Of a stretch of 64,000 nucleotides of DNA, positions 20,316 through 30,152 are shown one piece after another; the stretch's first letter is position 1, and each line of letters opens with the position of its first letter. The translations under genes and the position numbers were made by a program. Under the pieces are notes generated by a model that had not been told where the DNA came from, ran no database searches, and worked only from the letters and a program-made list of their open reading frames with translations. The DNA is taken from NCBI GenBank assembly GCA_041651455.1, contig JBAZJG010000005.1:67882-131881 (forward strand), in the 5' to 3' direction. The DNA comes from Candidatus Omnitrophota bacterium. GTDB taxonomy: Bacteria; Omnitrophota; Gorgyraeia; Pluralincolimonadales; Pluralincolimonadaceae.

Positions 20316-20761
20316 TGCTTCCCTTCATCGTAGCCGGATTGGTAGTCCTGCTGGATCAGGCCACGAAGGCGATAGCAGCAGCAAAGTTATCCTCAGGCGT
20401 CTCCGTTCCCGCGGTCGGAGACCTGGTCAGTTTTACCCTCATAGAGAACACCGGCGCGGGTTTCGGCCTTTTCAGGAACCAGGTCTTTATCCTTGTGCTA
20501 ATATCCGCAGCGGCGATATCCTTCACGGTATTCTATATATTAAAGAAGAAACCCGTCTACTACATGCCGTTCGCGCTGATACTCGGCGGCGCGGTCGGGA
20601 ACCTGATCGACAGGCTGCGCTTCGGGTATGTCATAGATTTCATAGACCTGCACTGGTGGCCCGTATTCAATCTCGCGGATTCGTGCATAACCATAGGTTC
20701 GTTAGCGCTGTTCTTCATAATATTGAAGGGGAAGGGCACAGATGTATCCCGTACTGTTTGA
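20315..20761 (+). CDS. lspA: Lipoprotein signal peptidase II LspA (internal ATG; the 20213 start in the ORF track is an extension)
   Basis: ~148 aa with four TM segments and the conserved FNLADSCITIG catalytic region. Classic ileS-lspA linkage. Confidence 0.85.
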   Translation: MLPFIVAGLVVLLDQATKAIAAAKLSSGVSVPAVGDLVSFTLIENTGAGFGLFRNQVFILVLISAAAISFTVFYILKKKPVYYMPFALILGGAVGNLIDRLRFGYVIDFIDLHWWPVFNLADSCITIGSLALFFIILKGKGTDVSRTV

Positions 20762-21422
20762 AATAGGCGCGTTCAAGGTATACTCCTACGGGGCCGCGCT
20801 CGCGATAGCGTTCCTTCTCGCGGCATCGCTCGCGAGGCGCAGGGCGGTCTCGGAAGGCATGGACGGCGATAAGATGCTCGACCTCTGTATCGTCCTGATA
20901 ATATCCGGCATCGTCGGAGCGCGCCTGCTGTTCGTCCTGCTGAATATTGACGCATACATGGCAAATCCCGCGGATATGTTCAAGTTGTGGGAAGGCGGGC
21001 TTGTCTGGTACGGGGGTTTGATAGCCGCCGCGGCCGGCGCAACGGTATTCATGAAGGCGAACAGGATGCCGGCGCTCAAGACCGCCGATATCATGGTGCC
21101 TTATATCGCGCTCGGGCAGGCGATAGGGCGTATCGGTTGTTTCCTGAACGGATGCTGCTACGGCAAATATAAGATGATCCCGACGCAGCTGACCGAATCC
21201 GCGGCGATGTTCATAATATTCCTTATATTAAGGAGACGGAACCCTTCCAACGGCAGGACGCTGGTCTTATATCTGGCCCTCTATTCGGGCTTCAGGTTCT
21301 TCAACGAATTCCTTAGAGGCGACAACCCGGCCTTCTTCGCCGGGCTCACCGTATCGCAGGTCATATCCGTAGCCATATTCGCCCTTGCGGCCCTGTCATG
21401 GAAAATTATACCTTCAAAGTAA
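20742..21422 (+). CDS. lgt: Prolipoprotein diacylglyceryl transferase Lgt
   Basis: Lgt signature region (...GARLLFVL...GGLVWYGGLIAAA...GQAIGRIGCFLNGCCYG). Confidence 0.9.
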   Translation: MYPVLFEIGAFKVYSYGAALAIAFLLAASLARRRAVSEGMDGDKMLDLCIVLIISGIVGARLLFVLLNIDAYMANPADMFKLWEGGLVWYGGLIAAAAGATVFMKANRMPALKTADIMVPYIALGQAIGRIGCFLNGCCYGKYKMIPTQLTESAAMFIIFLILRRRNPSNGRTLVLYLALYSGFRFFNEFLRGDNPAFFAGLTVSQVISVAIFALAALSWKIIPSK

Positions 21423-22327
21423 GCGCCGATGCCGGCCAGCCCCGGCTCGACCAGTACATGACCTCCGTATTCCCGAGGCCTATCACGCGCTCGCACCTGA
21501 AGAAGCTCATGGAGGAAGGGCGCGTGCTTGTCAACGGGAACCCCGCGAAACCGCACCATAAGGTAAAGCCCGGCGATACGATCGAGGTCTCTCTCGAGGA
21601 AGCCCGGCCGCCGGCGCTCGAGGCCGAAAAGATCGCGCTCGATATAATCTATGAGGATGACGATATCGTCGTCGTGAACAAACAGCCGGGCATAGCGGTG
21701 CATCCCGGGGCCGGGGTGAGTTCCGGGACGCTGGTCAACGCGCTGCTCAACCATTGCAGGGGCCTGTCCGACCTCAATGAAGGCAAGCCCGGGCTCGTGC
21801 ACCGCCTCGACAAGGACACCTCGGGCGCCATTGTGATAGCGAAGAACAATGCGAGCCATGCGGAACTGGCAAGGCAGTTCAAGGCGAGGGAGGTCAAGAA
21901 GAATTACCTGGCCCTCGTCAAGGGTATAATAGAGATCGATAACGGCGTGATCGACCTTCCGATAGGAAGGCACCCTAGCAACAGGCAGAAGATGGCCGTA
22001 AGGCACGATTCCGAGAGGAACGCCGTCACGGAATACAAGGTATTGAAGAGGTTCACCGATTCCACGCTTGTTCTGCTGAACCTGAAGACCGGACGGACCC
22101 ACCAGATAAGGGTCCACATGGCGTATATCGGGCATCCGGTCCTGGGCGACACAAAATACGGCTCGAAAGGGAAGTACCCAAGGCAGGTCCTGCACTCCTA
22201 TTACCTCAGATTAAAGCACCCCGTTACCGGGAAAGAGATGGAGTTCCGCGCCGGCATCCCGGACGACATGAAAGGCATAATAGGACCGGAGTATAGCAAT
22301 ATTCTACCCTTGACAAAACCTTTGTAA
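21398..22327 (+). CDS. rluD: RluA-family 23S rRNA pseudouridine synthase (RluD-like) with an N-terminal S4 domain
   Basis: S4-like N-terminus and the catalytic HRLDKDTSG motif. 309 aa. Confidence 0.85.
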   Translation: MENYTFKVSADAGQPRLDQYMTSVFPRPITRSHLKKLMEEGRVLVNGNPAKPHHKVKPGDTIEVSLEEARPPALEAEKIALDIIYEDDDIVVVNKQPGIAVHPGAGVSSGTLVNALLNHCRGLSDLNEGKPGLVHRLDKDTSGAIVIAKNNASHAELARQFKAREVKKNYLALVKGIIEIDNGVIDLPIGRHPSNRQKMAVRHDSERNAVTEYKVLKRFTDSTLVLLNLKTGRTHQIRVHMAYIGHPVLGDTKYGSKGKYPRQVLHSYYLRLKHPVTGKEMEFRAGIPDDMKGIIGPEYSNILPLTKPL

Positions 22328-22338
22328 TAGTGTATATT
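22310..22338 (+). promoter_or_regulatory. Putative sigma70 promoter (TTGACA-N17-TGtTATATT, extended -10) inside the 3' end of rluD, driving the downstream small membrane protein gene
   Basis: TTGACA at 22310-22315, a 17-nt spacer, TG at 22331-32 and TATATT at 22333-38. ±1 nt. Confidence 0.5.
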
Positions 22339-22395
22339 TAGTCCTAGAAAATGCCCCAGTGGGCAATTTGGCGGCAGAAACAAGGAGGTGGCGGG

Positions 22396-22614
22396 ATGAT
22401 AAGTATGATTTTAAGCATAATAGCAGCCGTATTCGTATCGATGATCGGCCTGTATTCGATAGTCTTCAGGCATTCCGCGGCCGACTGGGCATTAAGCCTT
22501 GACAATAACATCGCGCGTCCGGACCTGCACGAAAGAGTGTATAGGGCCGGATTCGCGGTAGTGGGAGCTTCGTTCATAGCATTCGGCCTGCTGACGGTCC
22601 TGCTCATAGCATAA
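22396..22614 (+). CDS. Small hypothetical membrane protein (72 aa, two TM segments). The start is chosen at the ATG with an AAGGAGGTG RBS rather than the 22351 start in the ORF track.
   Basis: Strong SD (aaggaggtg) 7 nt upstream. Hydrophobic MISMILSIIAAVFVSMIGLYSIVF... and ...VVGASFIAFGLLTVLLIA segments. Confidence 0.5.
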   Translation: MISMILSIIAAVFVSMIGLYSIVFRHSAADWALSLDNNIARPDLHERVYRAGFAVVGASFIAFGLLTVLLIA

Positions 22615-22657
22615 GGGACTGCCCATAAGTTTTGCGCGGGCAACGGATTCAAAATAT

Positions 22658-22692
22658 CCTCCGACCTTTACGGGTCGGGGGATATTTTTTTC
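22658..22692 (+). terminator. Rho-independent terminator after the small membrane protein gene
   Basis: GC-rich stem (cctccgacc / ggtcggggg) with a 6-nt loop, followed by ATATTTTTTT. Confidence 0.6.
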
Positions 22693-22721
22693 TTGCATTC
22701 ACCGGTTATCTTTAATATAAT
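22693..22721 (+). promoter_or_regulatory. Near-consensus sigma70 promoter (TTGCAT-N17-TATAAT) for the coiled-coil gene/aroA transcription unit
   Basis: TTGCAT at 22693-98, a 17-nt spacer and TATAAT at 22716-21. A strong RBS (AAAAGGAGGAACAA) precedes the ATG at 22764. Confidence 0.6.
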
Positions 22722-22763
22722 ACGCATGGGGGTAACAATCGAGCCATATAAAAGGAGGAACAA

Positions 22764-23531
22764 ATGAAATCGTTCCGGCTTGTCATACTAATTTTGGTTT
22801 TACTGTGCCTGGGCCTCGGGATCTTTGCGGCCGTATCTTTCACGGGCCTGCAGAAGTCCAATACGGACCGTGTTGCCACCGAGAACTCCCTGAACAGCCT
22901 GAAGGAAGAGAAGGCTGCCGTCGACAAGGAATTAAGCGACCAGAAGAAGATGAGGCTCGACCTCGAAGCCCAGCTGGCGGACATGAAGGGCAAGGTCACG
23001 GCGCTTCAGGACAAGGCCGAGAAGCTTGCTGCAATGCTGGCCGATGAAAAGAAATCCAAGGAAGACGCTCTAGCGCAGCTCAACGACAGGGAACAGGAGA
23101 TCAGCGAAATAAAGACGAACTGGGAAAACGAGAAGATGTCGCGCGCGTCGGTTCAGGAACAGTACGACAAGATATCGAAGGAATATAATTCGCTGCAGGA
23201 CCAGCTCAAGTCGGTCAGCGCAGCCAACGATAACCTCAAGAAGCAGGTCGAGGAGCTCCAGGCCAGGAAAGACATAGAGCTTGATAAGATAGTCGTCAAG
23301 CCCGGCGTAGATGCCGAAGGCAAGGTGCTCGTAGTCAATAAGGAATTCAATTTCATAGTCGTAGCCGCGGGCAACAACAAGGGAATAAGCCCGGGCGTAG
23401 TGTTCGGCGTCTTCAGGGAAGGCAAGCTCATAGCCAAGGCACAGGTTGAGAAGGTATATGAGACGATGTCGGCGGCCAATATTACCGAAGGCTCGGACAT
23501 CAGGGAAGGCGATATAGCGAAAGCTATGTAA
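22764..23531 (+). CDS. Membrane-anchored coiled-coil protein of unknown function (N-terminal TM, long heptad-repeat region, C-terminal beta-rich domain)
   Basis: 255 aa. TM segment LVILILVLLCLGLGIFAAV, then a ~150-aa Lys/Glu/Gln-rich coiled coil, then ...VLVVNKEFNFIVVAAGNNKGISPGVVFGVFR... Confidence 0.55.
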   Translation: MKSFRLVILILVLLCLGLGIFAAVSFTGLQKSNTDRVATENSLNSLKEEKAAVDKELSDQKKMRLDLEAQLADMKGKVTALQDKAEKLAAMLADEKKSKEDALAQLNDREQEISEIKTNWENEKMSRASVQEQYDKISKEYNSLQDQLKSVSAANDNLKKQVEELQARKDIELDKIVVKPGVDAEGKVLVVNKEFNFIVVAAGNNKGISPGVVFGVFREGKLIAKAQVEKVYETMSAANITEGSDIREGDIAKAM

Positions 23532-23532
23532 T

Positions 23533-24816
23533 TTGGGATTCTCGGTCAGGCCTGCAAAGAGGTTTACGGGTTCCCTTAAGTTACCGGGTGATAAGTCGAT
23601 CTCACACAGGGCAGTAATGATCGGCTCGCTCGCAAGCGGTACGACTGTAGTAAATAATATCCTGGATTCGGACGACACGCATACGACAATAGAGGCATTG
23701 AAGGCACTCGGCGTAAGCGTAAAGAGTTCCGCGGGAGAGATAACGATAACAGGAAAAGGGCTGGAGGGTTTTACAAAACCTTCCAGCCCGCTTTTTATGC
23801 GCGATTCCGGGACCTCGATGCGGCTGATGATGGGCATACTCGCCGGACAGCATTTCGATACGGTGCTTACCGCGGGCAAGGGCCTCTCAAGGCGGCCGAT
23901 GCGGAGGGTCACGGAGCCGTTGGGGCTGATGGGCGCGAAGTTCGAGGGCAAGGACGGCGCTAATTATGCCCCGATAACCGTGAGGGGAGGCGACCTGAGC
24001 CCGGTAAATTACGTCTCTCCGGTCGCAAGCGCACAGGTCAAGTCCGCCATACTGCTTGCCGGCCTGTATGCGGACGGCATAACATCCGTGAGCGAGCCGC
24101 ACAGGTCCAGGGACCACACGGAGAGGATGCTCAAGGCGTTCGGCGCAAAGATATCGGTGGACGGCCCGGAGGTCTCGGTGGAAGGAAGGGCTTTCCTGAA
24201 AAGCCGGGGGAAGATAGACGTCCCGGGGGATATATCAAGCGCCGCGTTCTTCATGGTCGGCGCCGCGATAATAAAGGGTTCGTCCGTCAGGCTTGAATCC
24301 GTCGGGATTAACCCGACAAGGACCGGGATCATCGACATACTGGGAAGGATGGGCGCGATCATCAGGATAGAGAACGAAAAGGAATCCGCGTCGGAACCCG
24401 TCGGTGATATAATCGTGGAATACGGGACGCTGCGCGGGGTAACCATAGAAGGCGACCTTATACCAAGGACTATTGACGAGCTGCCGGCGGTCATGATCGC
24501 GGCCGCTTACGCTTCGGGGACTACCGTGATAAAGGGCGCGCAGGAGCTTAAGGTAAAAGAGACCGACCGGATCAGCTCAATGGCGGCGAACCTTAAGAAC
24601 ATGGGCGCTAAGTTCTCCATCAGGGGCGACGATATCGTGATCGAGGGTTCGGAGAACCTGAAAGGCATAACGGCGATGAGCTTCGGGGACCACAGGACCG
24701 CGATGTCGATACTGATAGCGGGGCTTGCCGCCAAAGGCGAGACGACGGTCGACGATATTGGATGCATCGCGAAATCTTACCCTGATTTCGTAAAACACCT
24801 TGGGCAATTGACATAG
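23533..24816 (+). CDS. aroA: 3-phosphoshikimate 1-carboxyvinyltransferase (EPSP synthase) AroA
   Basis: 427 aa. LPGDKSISHRA and ...DHRTAMS... EPSP synthase motifs. Confidence 0.9.
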   Translation: MGFSVRPAKRFTGSLKLPGDKSISHRAVMIGSLASGTTVVNNILDSDDTHTTIEALKALGVSVKSSAGEITITGKGLEGFTKPSSPLFMRDSGTSMRLMMGILAGQHFDTVLTAGKGLSRRPMRRVTEPLGLMGAKFEGKDGANYAPITVRGGDLSPVNYVSPVASAQVKSAILLAGLYADGITSVSEPHRSRDHTERMLKAFGAKISVDGPEVSVEGRAFLKSRGKIDVPGDISSAAFFMVGAAIIKGSSVRLESVGINPTRTGIIDILGRMGAIIRIENEKESASEPVGDIIVEYGTLRGVTIEGDLIPRTIDELPAVMIAAAYASGTTVIKGAQELKVKETDRISSMAANLKNMGAKFSIRGDDIVIEGSENLKGITAMSFGDHRTAMSILIAGLAAKGETTVDDIGCIAKSYPDFVKHLGQLT

Positions 24817-24849
24817 GTAAATGGGTAATAGACAAGAGGCTGGTTGCGC

Positions 24850-24868
24850 GGGGCAAGTAATTTGCCCC
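24850..24868 (+). other. Short GC-rich hairpin downstream of aroA (ggggcaa-gtaat-ttgcccc) with no U-tract; a possible weak terminator or RNA structure
   Basis: Perfect 7-bp inverted repeat 1-33 nt after the aroA stop. Confidence 0.3.
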
Positions 24869-24931
24869 CCAGTTTGCCGTTGACTTTTATACGCGGGTTT
24901 GGTATCCTTTTAGATTATCAGGAGGGGCGTA

Positions 24932-26011
24932 ATGAATAAGCCGTTCGATGTCGTAAAGAGAGGCTTTAACAATATTTCGGGCATGTTCTCTAACGACATG
25001 GGCATAGACCTTGGTACCGCGAGCACGCTTGTGTACGTAAAGGGCCAGGGTATAGTGCTTTGCGAACCTTCGGTCGTCGCGATAGAGAAAGGGACCAACC
25101 ATGTCCTCGCGGTCGGTGAAGAGGCGAAGCGCATGCTCGGGCGCACTCCCGGTTCGATAGTCGCCATAAGACCCATGAAGGACGGCGTCATAGCGGATTT
25201 TGAGATCACCGAAGCCATGCTTCGGTATTTTATTAATAAGGTCCATAACAGGAGGGTGCTTGTGCGCCCGCGCATGGTGATTGCCATACCTTCAGGCATA
25301 ACCGAGGTCGAGAAGCGCGCGGTGAAGGACTCCGCCGAGAGAGCCGGTGCGCGCGAGGTATACCTCGTTGAGGAACCTATAGCGGCTGCTATAGGCGTCG
25401 GGCTGCCGATACAGGAACCTGCCGGCAATATGATCATAGACATAGGCGGCGGCACCACGGAGATGGCGGTAGTATCGTTGTCGGACGTCGTCTTCTCGAA
25501 GTCGATACGCATAGGCGGCGACGAGATGGACGATGCGATAATACAGCACCTCAGGAAGACATATAATCTCATGATCGGCGAGCGGACGGCCGAGGAGATA
25601 AAGATAAAGATCGGTTCGGCGTACCCGATGGAGGAGGAAGCGACGATGGAAGTGCGCGGACGCGACCTCGTGGCGGGGCTGCCGAAGACAGTGACTATCT
25701 CATCCGAAGAGGTCAGGGAAGCGCTGGCGGAACCGACAGCGGCCATAGTCGAGGCCGTCAGGATAACGCTTGAACGCACGCCGCCCGAACTCTCCGCGGA
25801 CCTTATCGAGCGCGGCATGGTGCTGGCCGGAGGCGGCGGGTTGCTCAGGGGTCTCGATAAGCTGCTCGCAGAGCAGACCGGCCTTCCGGTGCATATCGCC
25901 GAAGACCCGATAACCGCGGTTGCCCTCGGTACAGGGATGGTCCTGAGCGAGATAAAATATCTTAAAAAGGTCACCGTTACGACGGCCTCGAAGAGTCCCG
26001 AATCCCAGTAG
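24932..26011 (+). CDS. mreB: Rod shape-determining protein MreB
   Basis: 359 aa actin-like protein with the [17 protein letters not shown] phosphate-1 motif and the full MreB pattern. RBS CAGGAGGGG. Confidence 0.95.
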   Translation: MNKPFDVVKRGFNNISGMFSNDMGIDLGTASTLVYVKGQGIVLCEPSVVAIEKGTNHVLAVGEEAKRMLGRTPGSIVAIRPMKDGVIADFEITEAMLRYFINKVHNRRVLVRPRMVIAIPSGITEVEKRAVKDSAERAGAREVYLVEEPIAAAIGVGLPIQEPAGNMIIDIGGGTTEMAVVSLSDVVFSKSIRIGGDEMDDAIIQHLRKTYNLMIGERTAEEIKIKIGSAYPMEEEATMEVRGRDLVAGLPKTVTISSEEVREALAEPTAAIVEAVRITLERTPPELSADLIERGMVLAGGGGLLRGLDKLLAEQTGLPVHIAEDPITAVALGTGMVLSEIKYLKKVTVTTASKSPESQ

Positions 26012-26016
26012 AAGAT

Positions 26017-26796
26017 GTGAGAAAATTCCATAACAAGCCTTTAATCGCGATAGTCGCAGTATCCCTTCTGATAGCCCTGCTTGTCGTATCAGAGCCCTTC
26101 ACCAACGGCACCTCATTAGCCCTGAATTCAGTCCTGCAGTTGCCGACCATGATAGCTTCCGCGGTCTTCAAGACCGGATATGAACTGCTCCATTTCAAGA
26201 GCATCGCGAACGAGAACCTGAGGCTAAAGAGGGATATCGCCGCCCTGAGTTCCAGGGCCGCCGCGATGGATGAGGCGGTATCCGAGAACAAGCGGTTGAA
26301 AGAACTTCTTTCCATGAAAGACAGGATGTCCAAGAGGTCGGTGGCCGCAAAGGTGTCCGGCAGGGATTTCTCGAACTGGGGAGAGAGCATCGTTATTAAC
26401 AAGGGCTCGAAGGGCGGGATAAAAGAAGATATGGCGGTGTTCGCCGACGGTGTGGTGATAGGCAAGGTCACCGCGGTCGGCATAGGGAGTTCGCGCGTAT
26501 CCCTGATAACCGACCCGGAGATAAGGGTCTCGGTCGTATCCCAGAGGGGGCGCGCCGGCGGGCTGATGTACGGCATCGCGCACGGCCGCTGTATAATGAA
26601 ATTCATATCGAAGGAAGCGGACATAAAAGAGGGAGACACCGTCGTGACATCAGGGGTTAGCGGGGTCTATCCGTCGGGTTTTCTCGTAGGGAAGGTGCTT
26701 GACGTCAAGACGGAATTCAACGGCATGTACCGTTTCGCGGTCATCGAGCCCGCGATGAACGCCATGTCTATAGAAGAGGTGCTCGCGGTAGAATGA
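26017..26796 (+). CDS. mreC: Rod shape-determining protein MreC (GTG start)
   Basis: N-terminal TM, a coiled coil, and a beta-rich C-terminal domain (...GDTVVTSGVSGVYPSGFLVGKV...). Follows mreB. Confidence 0.8.
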   Translation: MRKFHNKPLIAIVAVSLLIALLVVSEPFTNGTSLALNSVLQLPTMIASAVFKTGYELLHFKSIANENLRLKRDIAALSSRAAAMDEAVSENKRLKELLSMKDRMSKRSVAAKVSGRDFSNWGESIVINKGSKGGIKEDMAVFADGVVIGKVTAVGIGSSRVSLITDPEIRVSVVSQRGRAGGLMYGIAHGRCIMKFISKEADIKEGDTVVTSGVSGVYPSGFLVGKVLDVKTEFNGMYRFAVIEPAMNAMSIEEVLAVE

Positions 26797-27323
26797 GCTG
26801 GTTTGCGGCGGTCGCCGCGCTGACGGTGATGTCGGTCCTCGACGCGGCAAGCCATAATTATATCAAGCTGCTCGGCGTCAGCCCCGAGCTCGTGCTTACG
26901 GGAGTGCTCTTTTTCGCGCTGAATTCGGACAGGCGCAAGGGGGCGCTGCTCGGGTTCATGGCCGGCCTGTTGAAGATATCGTTCACAGGTATGCACCCGC
27001 TCATCATGCTGCTTTACGGTTCCGTGGGTTTTATCGCGGGGACGTATAAGGAAGCGCTCTACAGGCACCTGGCTTCGGCGCAGATGATCCTCGCGGCCAT
27101 CGCGGTCATGGGCACCTCGATGGTCTATGACCTGGTCATATCGTCGAAGGGGTTCCCGTATTATAAGGCCGTCATCTTTCTTTCGGTCCCCGCCGCGGCT
27201 TATACCGCCGCGATAGCACCGCTCGTGTTCAAGGCGCTCGAGTTCATGATCCCCCCCGTGGAGCTTGATTACAGGGAGATCGTTTTCAAGAAGAAGACAT
27301 ACGAAGGCCGCCGGCCTCAATAA
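26793..27323 (+). CDS. mreD: Rod shape-determining protein MreD
   Basis: 176 aa polytopic membrane protein overlapping the mreC stop. Position between mreC and mrdA. Confidence 0.6.
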   Translation: MSWFAAVAALTVMSVLDAASHNYIKLLGVSPELVLTGVLFFALNSDRRKGALLGFMAGLLKISFTGMHPLIMLLYGSVGFIAGTYKEALYRHLASAQMILAAIAVMGTSMVYDLVISSKGFPYYKAVIFLSVPAAAYTAAIAPLVFKALEFMIPPVELDYREIVFKKKTYEGRRPQ

Positions 27324-27330
27324 GGGATAA

Positions 27331-29055
27331 ATGCGCAGCAGGATATATTCCACGATAATTAACATAGCGTTCCTCGTTATACTCTCGGGCATATTCTACC
27401 TGCAGGTATTGAGGTGGCCTCTTTACAATACGCTTGCGAAGAAGAACCATGTCCGGCTGATACCTTTCCCCGGCCTGCGCGGCACGATATACGACCGCAA
27501 CGGGCTCGCGATAGTCGACAACAGGCTGTCGTTCGACGTCGTGATAATCCCGCAGGAGGTCGAGAACACCGACAAGACATACGGCACCCTAGCGCAGGTG
27601 CTCGGGATGCCGCGCTCGCGCATAGAATCCATAGTGAAGAAGGAATACACCGCGCCCTTTGCCCCCATCACCGTCTCGGGCGACGTGGACAAGGACCTCG
27701 CATTCTCCCTCGAGGAGCAGAAACAGCGCCTTCCGGGGGTCCTGGTCCTGCCGAGGACGATACGCTGGTATGTATACGGCGAAAGGGCGTCACATATAAT
27801 CGGGTACCTAAGCCTGATAAACAAGAAAGAGCTGGAGGAATTGCAGGACTACGGTTATTCTGTCAGCGACCTCATCGGCCGTTCGGGTATCGAGAAGGCC
27901 TATGACAGGTACCTGAAAGGCGAGGACGGCGGCATGCAGCTTGAGGTGGACGCTTCCGGAAGGCTCGTGAAGATACTCGGGAGCAAGAACCAGAAAAAGG
28001 GGACGGACATAACCCTGACGGTCGACGCGAAACTGCAGGCCTATACGGCGGATTGCCTTGAGGGCAAAAGGGCCTCGGCGGTTTTCATGGACCCGCGCAA
28101 CGGCGAGATCCTGGCCATGGCTTCCTCGCCGTCATTCGACCCTAATATCTTCATAGAACCCGGAAAGAATGATGCGGCCGTCAGGTACGTCAACTCCTCC
28201 GCGAGGCCTATGCTCAACCGCGCTATAAACGGGCAATACCCTCCGGGCTCGATATTCAAGGTCATATTGGCGCTTGCCGCGCTCGAAACGAAGAATGCCA
28301 CGATACATACCACATATGTATGCCCGGGAAGGTATTACCTCGGCAGGTCCGAGTTCGATTGCTGGAAGCTCGAAGGCCACGGCCCGCAGGATATGAGGGA
28401 CGCGATAACGCATTCATGCAACGTATATTTTTATAACCTCGGCCGGAAACTCGGGCCCGATACGATATCCGAATACGCGCAGAAGGTCGGGCTGAACAAG
28501 CCGACCGGCATAGATATCGGCGGTGAAAGCGGCGGCCTGATACCTAATCCCGCGTGGAAGAAAGCCAGGCGCGGACAGAACTGGTATGAGGGGGAGACGG
28601 TAAATTTCTCCATTGGGCAGGGCGACGTGCTCGTAACGCCGCTCCAGATGGCGCAGGTCGCGTCCGTATTCGCGATGGAAGGCGCCGCTCCCCGTCCGCA
28701 CCTGATAAAGAAGATAGGCGATTCGGAAGTGGCTGTTCCGAAAAGCAGGATAATACCGATGTCAAAGGACGCGGTAAGGGCGGTCAAGTCCGCTATGGTC
28801 AACGTAGTGTCGTCGGATACGGGTACCGGGCAGAGGGCCAGGGTGGAAGGGCTCAAGATTGCCGCGAAGACCGGCACCGCGCAGGCGCCTAACGGCGAGC
28901 CGCACGCGTGGTTCATGGGTTTTGCCCCCGCCGACGACCCGAAAGCGGCCTTCATCGTGATGGTCGAGAACGGCGGGCACGGCGGCGTCGCCGCGGCAGA
29001 TATCGCCGGCAAAGTGCTGAAATTCGCTAAAGAGAACACGGACATACTGAAATGA
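27331..29055 (+). CDS. mrdA: Peptidoglycan D,D-transpeptidase MrdA (PBP2)
   Basis: 574 aa with N-terminal TM and SxxK (SIFK), SCN and KTGTAQ motifs. Paired with rodA. Confidence 0.9.
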   Translation: MRSRIYSTIINIAFLVILSGIFYLQVLRWPLYNTLAKKNHVRLIPFPGLRGTIYDRNGLAIVDNRLSFDVVIIPQEVENTDKTYGTLAQVLGMPRSRIESIVKKEYTAPFAPITVSGDVDKDLAFSLEEQKQRLPGVLVLPRTIRWYVYGERASHIIGYLSLINKKELEELQDYGYSVSDLIGRSGIEKAYDRYLKGEDGGMQLEVDASGRLVKILGSKNQKKGTDITLTVDAKLQAYTADCLEGKRASAVFMDPRNGEILAMASSPSFDPNIFIEPGKNDAAVRYVNSSARPMLNRAINGQYPPGSIFKVILALAALETKNATIHTTYVCPGRYYLGRSEFDCWKLEGHGPQDMRDAITHSCNVYFYNLGRKLGPDTISEYAQKVGLNKPTGIDIGGESGGLIPNPAWKKARRGQNWYEGETVNFSIGQGDVLVTPLQMAQVASVFAMEGAAPRPHLIKKIGDSEVAVPKSRIIPMSKDAVRAVKSAMVNVVSSDTGTGQRARVEGLKIAAKTGTAQAPNGEPHAWFMGFAPADDPKAAFIVMVENGGHGGVAAADIAGKVLKFAKENTDILK

Positions 29056-30152
29056 AATACGAGATGAGGACAAAAGGCGAGTTCGATTACGGCCTGGTGG
29101 CAATAGTGGGCGTCATAATACTCATGGGGCTTTTCGTGATATACAGCGCCTCGTACCAGAAGTATGTCCTTTCGGGGACCAACCTTTCGCTGCGCCAGCT
29201 GCAGTCGGGCATCATCGGTATTATCATCGCGGCGGCCGTCTTCAAGGTGGGATACCAGCGGATAATAGATTTCGGGTATTATATATTCGGCATAAACGTC
29301 GTTTTGCTTCTGCTTGTGCTTTTTGTCGGTGACATGCGTTACGGAGCGCGCAGGTGGATGGAGATCGGTTCGTTCGCGTTCCAACCGTCGGAGTTCGCTA
29401 AGATAACGTTCATATTCGCGCTCGCTAAATACCTCGGCGATGTAAAGGACGGGATAGAGAGGCCGAAAGCCCTGATAGCGCCTTTCGCGATGGCGCTTGT
29501 GCCGATGCTTCTTATATTCAAGGAGCCCGACCTCGGCACCGCGCTCGTCTTCGTGCCGGTGCTGTTCACGATGCTGCTTATAGCGGGCGCGCGCCTCAAG
29601 TACCTCATGATACTTATAGGTTCCGGCCTTGCGTGCGCGCCGTTCTTGTGGTTCTTCCTGAAAGAGTACCAGCGCAACAGGCTCATGGTCTTCATCAACC
29701 CGAACCTAGACCCCCTCGGAGCGGGGTATACCATCATCCAGTCGAAGATAGCGATAGGTTCCGGAGGGATAATAGGCAAGGGCTGGCTGGCCGGGACGCA
29801 GAACCAGCTGAATTTCCTGCCGGAACACCATACGGATTTCATATTCTCGGTCGTCGGGGAGGAATGGGGTTTCATAGGGAGCGCCGTCCTGCTCTTCCTT
29901 TTCTACAAGCTCGTCGAGAAGGGCCTCAGGATCGCCGAGACGACGAGCGACATCTACGGCAAGACGCTCGCCTACGGCATCGTGACGGTTTTCGCGATGC
30001 ATATAATAGTGAACATCGGCATGGTATGCGGCCTTATGCCGGTGGTCGGCATCCCGCTTCCTTTCGTTTCCTACGGCGGGTCCTTCCTCATAATGTCCAT
30101 GGTAAGCATAGGCATCCTCGAGAACATAAAGAACAAAAGGAAGGTCTTCTGA
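29052..30152 (+). CDS. rodA: SEDS-family peptidoglycan glycosyltransferase RodA (MrdB)
   Basis: 366 aa SEDS protein paralogous to the ftsW at 7174. Overlaps the mrdA stop. Confidence 0.9.
   Translation: MKYEMRTKGEFDYGLVAIVGVIILMGLFVIYSASYQKYVLSGTNLSLRQLQSGIIGIIIAAAVFKVGYQRIIDFGYYIFGINVVLLLLVLFVGDMRYGARRWMEIGSFAFQPSEFAKITFIFALAKYLGDVKDGIERPKALIAPFAMALVPMLLIFKEPDLGTALVFVPVLFTMLLIAGARLKYLMILIGSGLACAPFLWFFLKEYQRNRLMVFINPNLDPLGAGYTIIQSKIAIGSGGIIGKGWLAGTQNQLNFLPEHHTDFIFSVVGEEWGFIGSAVLLFLFYKLVEKGLRIAETTSDIYGKTLAYGIVTVFAMHIIVNIGMVCGLMPVVGIPLPFVSYGGSFLIMSMVSIGILENIKNKRKVF

Noticed and set aside
29633-30151. N-terminal 173-aa extension of the radical SAM ORF in the track (722 aa), overlapping rodA in another frame. 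Similar upstream extensions occur for murD (5777), murB (10679), lspA (20213), the small membrane protein (22351), the minor pilin (43378) and pilQ (45925).
   Set aside because: The extensions are Arg/His-rich out-of-frame read-through of the upstream gene. Each true start is an internal ATG/GTG that overlaps or immediately follows the upstream stop and/or has a proper RBS. The conserved N-termini of the families begin there.
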